Positions 27,538 to 35,759 of a stretch of 64,000 nt of DNA are shown here, piece by piece (position 1 is the first letter of the stretch; every line of letters begins with the position of its first letter). A program made the position numbers and the translations under genes. This stretch comes from an uncultured Hyphomonas sp. (GTDB lineage: Bacteria > Pseudomonadota > Alphaproteobacteria > Caulobacterales > Hyphomonadaceae), in NCBI GenBank assembly GCA_964350465.1, contig CAYGKE010000004.1, forward strand, positions 20,616 through 84,615. The letters run 5' to 3'. The notes beneath the pieces were generated by a model. It was not told the origin of the DNA. It saw nothing but the letters and a program-made list of their open reading frames with translations, and ran no database searches.

Positions 27538-28482
27538 CTAGGAGATTGGGACAAAGCCGGTTCCTCCCGTCGCGACACCTCGGGCTGCGACATCCGCCAA
27601 TGTCTGATCCCAATAGTTCTCGCAGTAGAATTCAGCGATCTCTGCGCCCGTTGTGAACCAGACATCATCGCGGTGGCTGCAAATATGCCTCAGCGCCTCT
27701 TCAAACACGCGCAGGCGATGCGGTTGGCTGACCAGATAGGCGTGCAGTGGGATACACATCACGGTTCCGGACTGTTCGCCTTCCTTCAGCAACTGATCGA
27801 AATGCTTGATCAGCAGATCTGTGTAGCGCTGCGGGCTCCAACCCTGGACCGAATATGTGATGACATCATTCACTTCCAGCGAGTAGGGCATCGACACCAG
27901 CTTTCCGGTCTTGGTCTTGATCGGCTGGGGCTGATCATCCTGGAACAGATCGCACGTATACCAGAAATCATGCTCGGCGATCAGGTCCAGCGTATGCTCG
28001 GTATGCGTCAGCGCCGGGGCGAGATAGCCGCGGATACGTTTGCCGGTTGCACGTTCAACTGTTTCGATACTGTCTGTTAGTACCGCCACTTCCTGCTCTG
28101 GCGACATGCCATACGAATAACGCGTGTTATAAATGCCGTGGGAGAAGAACTCCCAGTTTCTTTCGTTCACGGCTTCGATGATTTCCGGGTGGTGATCAAC
28201 AAGCCCCACCGAGAGCGAGATACTCCCGCGTAGATCATACTTGTCGAACAGATCCATCAGCCGCCAATGACCGACCGTATTGCCCCAGGTGCGCTGTGAA
28301 TAGGCGACGACATCCGGGTTGCCACGTGGCCAGCCGGGACGCTTGTTATTATGTGGCGGCTGAAATTCGTAATACTCTATGTTTGGTGCGATCCAGAAGG
28401 CGAGCTTCTTGCCGCCCGGCCAGACGATCTTGGGCCGTCCTTCATAGGGCCAATAATCATAGAGGTTGGGATCAGCGTGCAT
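27538..28482 (-). CDS. PuuE-like CE4 hydrolase
   Basis: WPGGKKLAFWIAPNIEYYE, EFFSHG, IPLHAYLVSQPHR. Confidence 0.85.
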   Translation of the reverse strand: MHADPNLYDYWPYEGRPKIVWPGGKKLAFWIAPNIEYYEFQPPHNNKRPGWPRGNPDVVAYSQRTWGNTVGHWRLMDLFDKYDLRGSISLSVGLVDHHPEIIEAVNERNWEFFSHGIYNTRYSYGMSPEQEVAVLTDSIETVERATGKRIRGYLAPALTHTEHTLDLIAEHDFWYTCDLFQDDQPQPIKTKTGKLVSMPYSLEVNDVITYSVQGWSPQRYTDLLIKHFDQLLKEGEQSGTVMCIPLHAYLVSQPHRLRVFEEALRHICSHRDDVWFTTGAEIAEFYCENYWDQTLADVAARGVATGGTGFVPIS

Positions 28483-29177
28483 CAGCCCTGATACCTCGCA
28501 ATCGCCTCATGTACCTCGCTGACCGGCACAACGTCGGCATATTTGATCAGCAAGTCGGTCAGGTTCGCAAAGTGATAGCTCTCATGCTTGTCGGCGACGC
28601 ATTCCTCCGGGACGATGGTGCGGTAGCCATAACTTAAACTATCAACCGCAGTAGCGCGCACGCATCCTGACGTTGAGCCGCCGGTAACAACAACCGTGTC
28701 GACCTTGTGCCATGTCAGGAAACTGTTGAGCGGCGTTTCAAAGAAAGCGGACGGCATACGTTTGGTGTAGACCGCATCCACAGCCGGATCGATGGTCAAA
28801 CGATCATCAAACGCGGTGCGCTCTGAGCCATATTTGATATTCTGCAGGCTGTCCGGCGTATCCGTTCGCGTGCCCCAGACGCCGGCATCAGCGGCATTGT
28901 CCATATAGGCAACATGCGTCCAGATCACTGGCAGACCTTTTGAACGTGCGGCGTTTGAGATGGCATCAATATGCTCCATCTGACGAGGGTCCGTGATGTA
29001 GGCGGTCTTGTAGAGATCAGGCCGTGTGTACGCTTTTTGCGGGTCAACATTCACGATAGCGAGCTTGTCGCCAAACCCGAACCGCGCGCGCATAGGGTTG
29101 GAGCGAACCTCTTCGAATATCTCACGCGCTGTTTTGTCTGAGGTTACCATGGTCGGTTGGGACATATCGTGGGTCAT
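28482..29177 (-). CDS. Isochorismatase/cysteine hydrolase (maleamate amidohydrolase / N-carbamoylsarcosine amidase-like)
   Basis: Asp-Lys-Cys triad: VNVDPQ, TKRMPSAFF, STSGCVRATAVD. Confidence 0.88.
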   Translation of the reverse strand: MTHDMSQPTMVTSDKTAREIFEEVRSNPMRARFGFGDKLAIVNVDPQKAYTRPDLYKTAYITDPRQMEHIDAISNAARSKGLPVIWTHVAYMDNAADAGVWGTRTDTPDSLQNIKYGSERTAFDDRLTIDPAVDAVYTKRMPSAFFETPLNSFLTWHKVDTVVVTGGSTSGCVRATAVDSLSYGYRTIVPEECVADKHESYHFANLTDLLIKYADVVPVSEVHEAIARYQG

Positions 29178-29208
29178 AGGAATTCCGCTTGCATTCTATC
29201 TCTCATTC

Positions 29209-29224
29209 AAATGATATATCTTTT
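29209..29224 (-). promoter_or_regulatory. Operator A copy 3 (AAATGATATATCTTTT on +)
   Basis: Exact reverse complement of copies 1 and 2, in a divergent intergenic region. Confidence 0.75.
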
Positions 29225-29253
29225 TGCGCAAGTCTAGCCAATTGGAGGAAGTT

Positions 29254-29688
29254 ATGAAGAGTTTTATTCTGGGTGCGATACTTGGCTTGGCAGGCGGGGT
29301 TGGTATTGCTGCTTGCGTTGGCGTTCAGCCGCAGATCGCGCAAGGACAAGAAACTGCGCCAGAACCACCAGCTTACATGATCGTGCTTGGTGAAGTGCAT
29401 GACCGCCCGGCCTTTATGGAAGGGTACGCAGCCAAGTTACCGCCCATCTACGAGCAATATGGGGGTCACTATATCGCAATTGGGGGAGGTCCAGGCATCG
29501 AAGTCCTCGAGGGTGACTATGCCCCGCCGAGCTATGTGATCAGTAAATGGGAGAAGGCGCAGGACGCGCGGGATTTCTGGAACAGCCCGGAATATGACGC
29601 GCTCAGGCGCGCACGCATCAACAATAATTGGGGCACATTCGACGTCCTATTGGTGAACGGTCTCCCAAACCCTGCTGCCGCTGAATGA
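29254..29688 (+). CDS. DUF1330 family protein with signal/lipoprotein peptide
   Basis: GGAGG-ATG 29254; GIAA-C; AYMIV, YGGHYI, VLEG, FWNSPEY..LR. Confidence 0.75.
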   Translation: MKSFILGAILGLAGGVGIAACVGVQPQIAQGQETAPEPPAYMIVLGEVHDRPAFMEGYAAKLPPIYEQYGGHYIAIGGGPGIEVLEGDYAPPSYVISKWEKAQDARDFWNSPEYDALRRARINNNWGTFDVLLVNGLPNPAAAE

Positions 29689-29732
29689 AGCGTGCTGCCT
29701 CAGGTGCGGCAGATTTACAACATTGCCGCATT

Positions 29733-29748
29733 AAATGACCGGACAAAG
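29733..29748. promoter_or_regulatory. Operator B copy 3 (AAATGACCGGACAAAG)
   Basis: One substitution in the TGTCCGGACA core; abuts the -35 of the receptor promoter. Confidence 0.6.
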
Positions 29749-29777
29749 TTGGACATCTCGCGCAAAAGGTATATCAT
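29749..29777 (+). promoter_or_regulatory. Putative sigma70 promoter of the TonB-dependent receptor
   Basis: TTGGAC-17 nt-TATCAT. Confidence 0.55.
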
Positions 29778-29779
29778 TT
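29764..29779 (+). promoter_or_regulatory. Operator A copy 4 (AAAAGGTATATCATTT)
   Basis: 15/16 match; covers the -10 hexamer. Confidence 0.68.
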
Positions 29780-29839
29780 GTGCGGGAGATAAAAAAAGCC
29801 CGGTCAAAAACAATGCCTAAATTTGAGGAGATTTTGGTG

Positions 29840-32002
29840 ATGAAAAAGAATTTGATAGGAACAGCGGCGGCTTTTGCCATCGCAGCCGCATGGTCTGCAC
29901 CAGCGGTCGCGCAAGACTCAGGCGAAACGGATGCGCGCCGCCTAGGCACAGTAACCGTCACATCGCAGCGCACCGAGGAAAATCTGCAGGATGTCCCGAT
30001 TGCCGTAACAGCGCTTTCGGCCGTCCAGCTCGAGGACAAGCAAGTCGCGGATATGCTTGATCTGCAATTTCAGGTCCCGAACATCAACCTTGCGACAAAT
30101 ACGGGTACAGCCAACGCGGCCCGTATTTTCCTGCGCGGTGTGGGTGAGGATGAAAGCCGCGGCGCGGTCGATCAGGCGGTCGGAATCTATGTGGACGGAG
30201 TTTATATCGGCCGTTCCGTAGGTTCACTCTTTGACGTGGTTGACCTGGAGCAGATCGAAGTCCTGCGTGGCCCACAAGGCACGCTTTATGGCCGCAACAC
30301 GATTGGCGGCGCGATCAAGCTGACATCGGTCAAGCCACAGTTCGAGAATAGTGGTGACATCCGCACAACGATTGGCGACAATGGCCGCTTCGACCTGCGC
30401 GGTACCGGAAACATGCAGCTTGGCGAGAATACTGCTTTCCGTGTCACTGGCCTACTGCGCGAGCGTGATGGCTTCCATACCGTCATTCCGAATGGCGGCA
30501 ATGCCGGTCAGGGCAAGGACGTTGGCCGCCTGCACATTGCGTCCTTCCGCGCCAGCCTCCTGCACAATTTCAATGAAGACTGGAGTATTTTCGTTGCGGC
30601 GGACTCAACGATTGATCGTTCTGATCCAATCCCTGATTCAGCAGCGCCGCCAAATGATGCCGACAATAACCTGTTCACCATCGAACCTCTGGGTGCCACC
30701 GTATGTCCGCCAGGAAATGGCCCTTTCACCCCGATTGGGTGTTTCACGGCCTATGACCAGCGGGCTAAAACGCAAGGCATTTCTGCGAATATCGAGGGCA
30801 ATCTGGGTAATTTCACCTTCAACTCTTTGACCGGATACCGGCAGTTGGATGATGAACTGTCGACCCGCATCGGCTTCCCGTTCACGCAGATGACCGATCA
30901 GGATCAGCTCAGCCAGGAATTCACCTTGGCGTCCAACCATGACGGTCCCTTCAATTATGTTGTCGGCTACTATTACTGGAGCGAAGACCTTCAGCTGGAC
31001 TCGGTCTTTGTCTTCCCGTTCACCCTGAACTCGTCGACTGATTCCCATGCGATCTTCGGGCAGGGTACATATGAAGTGAATGACCAGTTGTCTCTGACAG
31101 GCGGTCTGCGCTTCACATCCGAATCCAAGGACTTTGACGGCGAGGCACTCTTGTCCGGTTTGTCACGGACCGATTCAGCTGACTTCGATAATGTCAGCTA
31201 TACAATCGGTGCCGATTATCGCTTCAATGAGTCTGTTCTGGGCTATGCCAAGTTCTCAACTGGCTTCAAGTCGGGCGGCTGGTCGCCGGATGCGTTCAGT
31301 CCAGCAGCTGTGTTCCTGCCTGTCCGCGAAGAAACGCTCGATTCGTTTGAGATTGGCTTCAAGTCGGACCTGTTTGACGACAGTCTTCGCCTGAACGCCG
31401 CCTACTTCTTCAACGACTATACCGATCTTCAAATCGGGGCGACGGTGCCAGGTCTCGGCTTTACCCGGTTCAATGTTGAAGGTGTTGAGATCCAGGGTCT
31501 TGAATTCGAGGCAACCTTGCAAGTGACCGACAATTTCCAGCTGAACGGTAATCTTGGCATCCTCGACGGGGAGTATACCGATCTTAGCACGTCATCGGCG
31601 GGCGGCTTGACCAATAGCGGCGCCACGCCAGCTTGCGGCGGCGTTGTTTCAATCGATTGTGCGAAAACACTCAGCCTCAAGAACGCGCCGGAATACAAGG
31701 GCAGCATTGGTGCCCTATTCAGCGTGCCAATGGGCTCAGGTGAGCTGATCGCCTCGGGTGACATCAATTTCGAGGATGAGAGCTGGAGCCTTGTTGCCAA
31801 CAGCCCGGATCATGCCCTGATCGATGTGCCAACCATCATCAATGCCCGGATCAAGTATCAGTCCGATGCTGGCTGGTCGGCGGCAATCTGGGGCAAGAAT
31901 ATCGGTGATGAGGAATATTACCGTGCTTCCTCGGCTGGTTCCTTCACAGCCTATGCCTCCGAACCAGCAACCTTTGGTATTGATCTCGGCTACGAATTCT
32001 AA
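29840..32002 (+). CDS. TonB-dependent receptor
   Basis: Signal peptide, TonB-box-like TVTVTSQR, plug motifs (IFLRGVG, LRGPQGTLYGRN), C-terminal Phe; ATG 29840 after GAGGAG. Confidence 0.93.
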   Translation: MKKNLIGTAAAFAIAAAWSAPAVAQDSGETDARRLGTVTVTSQRTEENLQDVPIAVTALSAVQLEDKQVADMLDLQFQVPNINLATNTGTANAARIFLRGVGEDESRGAVDQAVGIYVDGVYIGRSVGSLFDVVDLEQIEVLRGPQGTLYGRNTIGGAIKLTSVKPQFENSGDIRTTIGDNGRFDLRGTGNMQLGENTAFRVTGLLRERDGFHTVIPNGGNAGQGKDVGRLHIASFRASLLHNFNEDWSIFVAADSTIDRSDPIPDSAAPPNDADNNLFTIEPLGATVCPPGNGPFTPIGCFTAYDQRAKTQGISANIEGNLGNFTFNSLTGYRQLDDELSTRIGFPFTQMTDQDQLSQEFTLASNHDGPFNYVVGYYYWSEDLQLDSVFVFPFTLNSSTDSHAIFGQGTYEVNDQLSLTGGLRFTSESKDFDGEALLSGLSRTDSADFDNVSYTIGADYRFNESVLGYAKFSTGFKSGGWSPDAFSPAAVFLPVREETLDSFEIGFKSDLFDDSLRLNAAYFFNDYTDLQIGATVPGLGFTRFNVEGVEIQGLEFEATLQVTDNFQLNGNLGILDGEYTDLSTSSAGGLTNSGATPACGGVVSIDCAKTLSLKNAPEYKGSIGALFSVPMGSGELIASGDINFEDESWSLVANSPDHALIDVPTIINARIKYQSDAGWSAAIWGKNIGDEEYYRASSAGSFTAYASEPATFGIDLGYEF

Positions 32003-32028
32003 GCCAGGACCAACTGACTACCATTTAG

Positions 32029-32057
32029 AAGCCCCGGCCTCGCGCCGGGGCTTTTTT
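32029..32057 (+). terminator. Rho-independent terminator
   Basis: AAGCCCCGGC-CTCGC-GCCGGGGC-TTTTTT after the receptor stop. Confidence 0.85.
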
Positions 32058-32225
32058 ATCGACTCGTGTTTTGATCCGGCTATGGCAGTATCAGACACGT
32101 TTGCTTCAAAACGTCTTATCGACTTGCGATTTCATGCCTGTGATGGAACAAGCCGGAAAGATAATGTGCGCAATCCGGGTCATGTGTGGAATAAACATGT
32201 CCGAACTGCGGATCAGGAGGAATAA

Positions 32226-33725
32226 ATGCGCCAGGTCAGTCACTTCATTAATGGTCAGATGGTTGCTGGCTCATCCGGCCGGTTCAGCGATATCTACAAC
32301 CCGAACACGGGTGAGGTTCAGGCGCAGGTTGCCCTTGCGACGGAGGCCGAAATGGCAGGCGCCATTGAGGCTGCCGAGGCAGCGTTTCCGGCCTGGGCGG
32401 CGACCAATCCACAGCGCCGCGCCCGCGTCATGTTCGAATTCAAGCGCCTGCTGGAAGCGCATATGGACGAATTGGCGGAGTTACTTTCCTCCGAGCACGG
32501 CAAGGTCATTGCAGACTCACGCGGCGATGTGCAGCGCGGGCTTGAAGTCGTCGAGTATGCCTGCGGCATGCCGCAGGTCCAGAAAGGCGAATATACAGGC
32601 GCTGCCGGGCCTGGCATTGATGTCTATTCGATGCGCCAGCCACTTGGGGTTTGTGCTGGGATCACACCTTTCAATTTTCCCGCGATGATCCCGATGTGGA
32701 TGTTCGCCATGGCGATTTCGGCCGGCAACACATTCATCCTCAAGCCATCCGAGAAAGACCCGTCCGTGCCGATGCGACTGGCGGAGCTGTTCCTTGAAGC
32801 TGGCGCGCCGGACGGCGTCCTGAATGTCGTCAATGGCGACAAGACCGCTGTCGATGCCATCCTGGATCATCCCTCGATCAAGGCGGTGAGTTTTGTCGGC
32901 TCGTCAGATATTGCGCAGTACATTTACAGCCGCGGCACCGCCAACGGAACACGTGTCCAGGCCATGGGCGGGGCCAAGAACCACGGCATCATCCTGCCGG
33001 ATGCGAACATGGATCAGGCGGTGAAAGATATTGTCGGCGCGGCCTATGGATCTGCTGGCGAGCGCTGCATGGCATTACCGGTCGTCGTGCCGGTTGGCCA
33101 GAAAACAGCCGATGAGTTTATCGAGCGGATTTCCGATGAGGCGCGCAAGCTCAAGGTCGGCATCTCGACGGATGCGGACGCCCATTATGGTCCGGTTGTC
33201 TCCGCCGCCCATAAGGCCAAGGTCGAGGACTATATCCGCATCGGGGCAGAAGAAGACGGCGCGGACCTGCTGATTGATGGCCGCGGTTTCGAACTGCAAG
33301 GCTATGAGAATGGTTTCTTCATCGGCCCAACCCTGTTCGACAATGTAAAGCCCGGTATGAAAACCTATGAGGAAGAGATCTTCGGCCCCGTGTTGCAGGT
33401 TGTGCGCGCCGAAAGTCTTGAAGAAGCCGCCGCGCTGCCGAGCAACCACCAGTACGGCAACGGCGTTGCGATCTTTACCCGCAATGGCCGCGCCGCTCGT
33501 GACTTTGCCGCTTCGGTGAATGTCGGCATGGTCGGCGTGAATGTGCCGATCCCGGTGCCAGTCAGCTACCATACGTTCGGGGGTTGGAAGCGCTCGGCCT
33601 TTGGCGATACAAATCAGTATGGCACTGAGGGGATGAAGTTCTGGACCAAGATCAAGACCGTCACCCAGCGCTGGCCCGAAGGCGATATCGGCGACCAGGC
33701 CTTCATCATTCCAACCATGGGGTAG
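32226..33725 (+). CDS. mmsA: CoA-acylating methylmalonate-semialdehyde dehydrogenase
   Basis: ITPFNFPAMIPMW, AMGGAKNH, GSAGERCMA, EEIFGP. Confidence 0.93.
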   Translation: MRQVSHFINGQMVAGSSGRFSDIYNPNTGEVQAQVALATEAEMAGAIEAAEAAFPAWAATNPQRRARVMFEFKRLLEAHMDELAELLSSEHGKVIADSRGDVQRGLEVVEYACGMPQVQKGEYTGAAGPGIDVYSMRQPLGVCAGITPFNFPAMIPMWMFAMAISAGNTFILKPSEKDPSVPMRLAELFLEAGAPDGVLNVVNGDKTAVDAILDHPSIKAVSFVGSSDIAQYIYSRGTANGTRVQAMGGAKNHGIILPDANMDQAVKDIVGAAYGSAGERCMALPVVVPVGQKTADEFIERISDEARKLKVGISTDADAHYGPVVSAAHKAKVEDYIRIGAEEDGADLLIDGRGFELQGYENGFFIGPTLFDNVKPGMKTYEEEIFGPVLQVVRAESLEEAAALPSNHQYGNGVAIFTRNGRAARDFAASVNVGMVGVNVPIPVPVSYHTFGGWKRSAFGDTNQYGTEGMKFWTKIKTVTQRWPEGDIGDQAFIIPTMG

Positions 33726-33728
33726 GCC

Positions 33729-34865
33729 ATGCAGCTTAGCGAAGAACAGACCATGATTGCCGACATGGCGTCGGCTTTCTCAAAGGATCGCCTCCGACCC
33801 AATGCATCGGCCTGGGAGCGCGAGGAACGGCTTGACCGCGATACGCTGAAGGCCCTGGCCGAGCTTGGCTTTGGCGGCATCTATACGGGCGAAGAGCATG
33901 GCGGCTCCGGCCTTGGTCGGCTGGACGCTGTGCTGATTTTCGAACAGCTTTCGAAAGGCTGTGTCAGTCACGCCTCCTTCCTGTCGATCCACAATATGGC
34001 GACCTGGATGGTAGACCGGTTCGGCGATGCTGAGCTTCGCGCGAAATACATCCCGCAGCTCACCCGCGCTGACCTGATTGCCTCCTATTGCCTGACCGAG
34101 CCGGGCGCAGGGTCAGACGCTGCCAGCCTCAAGACCTCGGCCACTGCTGACGGCAATTCGCATTATGTCCTGAACGGTGCCAAGGCTTTCATTTCCGGCG
34201 GCGGCTTTTCTGATCTCTATCTTGTCATGGCGCGCACGTCGGATGATGGTGCGCGCGGCGTATCGGCATTTCTGGTCGAGAATGGCACACCGGGTCTCTC
34301 CTTTGGCAAGAAAGAAGAGAAGATGGGCTGGCGTGCCCAGCCGACCACGATTGTGAATTTCGATGAATGCCGCATCCCGGCGGAAAACCGCATTGGTCCT
34401 GTTGGCGAGGGTTTCAAATACGCTATGGCTGGGCTGGATGGCGGACGGCTTAACATTGCCGCCTGCTCGCTTGGCGGGGCACAGGACGCGATGGACCGCG
34501 CCATGGCCTATGCTGACGAGCGCAAACAATTTGGCAAATCTATCTCAGCCTTCCAGGCGACCCAGTTCAAGCTTGCCGATATGGAAATCGAGCTACAGGC
34601 TGCCCGCGCGCTGCTCTATACAGCTGCGACGCGCCTCGATCAGAAAGCCTCTGATGCCACAAAAATGTGCGCGGCGGCCAAGCGTTTCGTCACCGATACC
34701 GGGTTCAAGGTGGCCAATGATGCGCTGCAGATTCATGGCGGCTATGGCTACCTCGCCGACTATGAAGTCGAGCGTATCGTGCGCGACCTCCGCGTGCACC
34801 AGATCCTTGAGGGCACCAATGAGATCATGCGTGTCATCGTCTCGCGCGAACTGATGAAAGGCTAG
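33729..34865 (+). CDS. Acyl-CoA dehydrogenase (isobutyryl-CoA dehydrogenase type)
   Basis: YCLTEPGAGSDAA, QIHGGYGY, QILEGTNEIMR; between mmsA and mmsB. Confidence 0.88.
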   Translation: MQLSEEQTMIADMASAFSKDRLRPNASAWEREERLDRDTLKALAELGFGGIYTGEEHGGSGLGRLDAVLIFEQLSKGCVSHASFLSIHNMATWMVDRFGDAELRAKYIPQLTRADLIASYCLTEPGAGSDAASLKTSATADGNSHYVLNGAKAFISGGGFSDLYLVMARTSDDGARGVSAFLVENGTPGLSFGKKEEKMGWRAQPTTIVNFDECRIPAENRIGPVGEGFKYAMAGLDGGRLNIAACSLGGAQDAMDRAMAYADERKQFGKSISAFQATQFKLADMEIELQAARALLYTAATRLDQKASDATKMCAAAKRFVTDTGFKVANDALQIHGGYGYLADYEVERIVRDLRVHQILEGTNEIMRVIVSRELMKG

Positions 34866-34868
34866 GCC

Positions 34869-35759
34869 ATGACAAAGATCGCATTCATCGGCCTTGGTAA
34901 TATGGGCAGCGGCATGTGCGCGAACCTCGTCAAGGCTGGCCATTCGGTGCGCGCGTTTGACCTGAACCCGGAGGCGGTGAAGCAGGCAGAAAGTGTCGGC
35001 GCCAGGGGCGCGGGCAGTCTTGGCGATGCCGTCCGGGAGGCTGATGTGATCGTCACCATGCTGCCTGCGGGCAAGCACGTCCTGTCAGTCTATTTCGGTA
35101 ATCAGGGTGTCGCGGCTGAGGCCAAGCCCGGTGCACTATTCCTCGATTGCTCAACCATTGCCGTTGAAGATGCCCGCGCGGCTGCCAAACAGGCCGAGCA
35201 AGCTGGGTTCACCATGGTCGACGCCCCGGTCTCAGGCGGCACGGCGGCGGCATCTGCCGGGACGCTGACCTTCATGGTCGGCGGCACCAGCGATGGCTTT
35301 GCCCGCGCCAAGCCTGTGCTGGAAGCGATGGGCAAGACGATTGTTCATGCTGGCGCATCCGGCAATGGGCAGGTCGCCAAGATCGCCAATAATATGCTGC
35401 TCGGCATCTCGATGATTGCGACCTGCGAGGCCTTCAATCTGGCCGAGAAGCTCGGACTTGATGCCCAGACTTTTTTCGACATCTCGTCCAGGGCCTCCGG
35501 CCAGAACTGGTCCATGACATCCTATTGTCCGGCGCCCGGGCCTGTACCGGCTGCGCCTTCCAACAATGACTATAAGGCCGGGTTTGCCGTTGACATGATG
35601 CTCAAGGATTTACGGCTCGCCGCAGATGCTGCAGACAGCGCTGGCGCAGAGACGGTATTCGGCGACAAGGCAAGAGATATCTATGCCGCGCTCAGCAAGG
35701 ACGGTTTCGGCGCCCTTGATTTTTCCGGCGTGATGAAGCGCGTGAAAGCTGAGATCTAG
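34869..35759 (+). CDS. mmsB: 3-hydroxyisobutyrate dehydrogenase
   Basis: IAFIGLGNMG, DAPVSGG, AKIANNM, MMLKDL. Confidence 0.92.
   Translation: MTKIAFIGLGNMGSGMCANLVKAGHSVRAFDLNPEAVKQAESVGARGAGSLGDAVREADVIVTMLPAGKHVLSVYFGNQGVAAEAKPGALFLDCSTIAVEDARAAAKQAEQAGFTMVDAPVSGGTAAASAGTLTFMVGGTSDGFARAKPVLEAMGKTIVHAGASGNGQVAKIANNMLLGISMIATCEAFNLAEKLGLDAQTFFDISSRASGQNWSMTSYCPAPGPVPAAPSNNDYKAGFAVDMMLKDLRLAADAADSAGAETVFGDKARDIYAALSKDGFGALDFSGVMKRVKAEI

Noticed and set aside
3336-28482. Polysaccharide utilisation locus suggested by three polysaccharide-deacetylase-fold genes
   Set aside because: Motifs match the PuuE-like branch, the genes have no signal peptides, and the cluster has no glycoside hydrolases or sugar kinases
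29689-29839. Riboswitch or Fur box upstream of the TonB receptor
   Set aside because: No cobalamin, TPP or Fur consensus seen; the space is explained by the promoter and two operators
29735-29839. Track's longer N-termini for the receptor and several other ORFs (2147, 5351, 7309, 27668, 46613, 54307)
   Set aside because: Extensions overlap promoters, operators or upstream genes; downstream starts have an RBS or stop-start coupling and expose signal peptides
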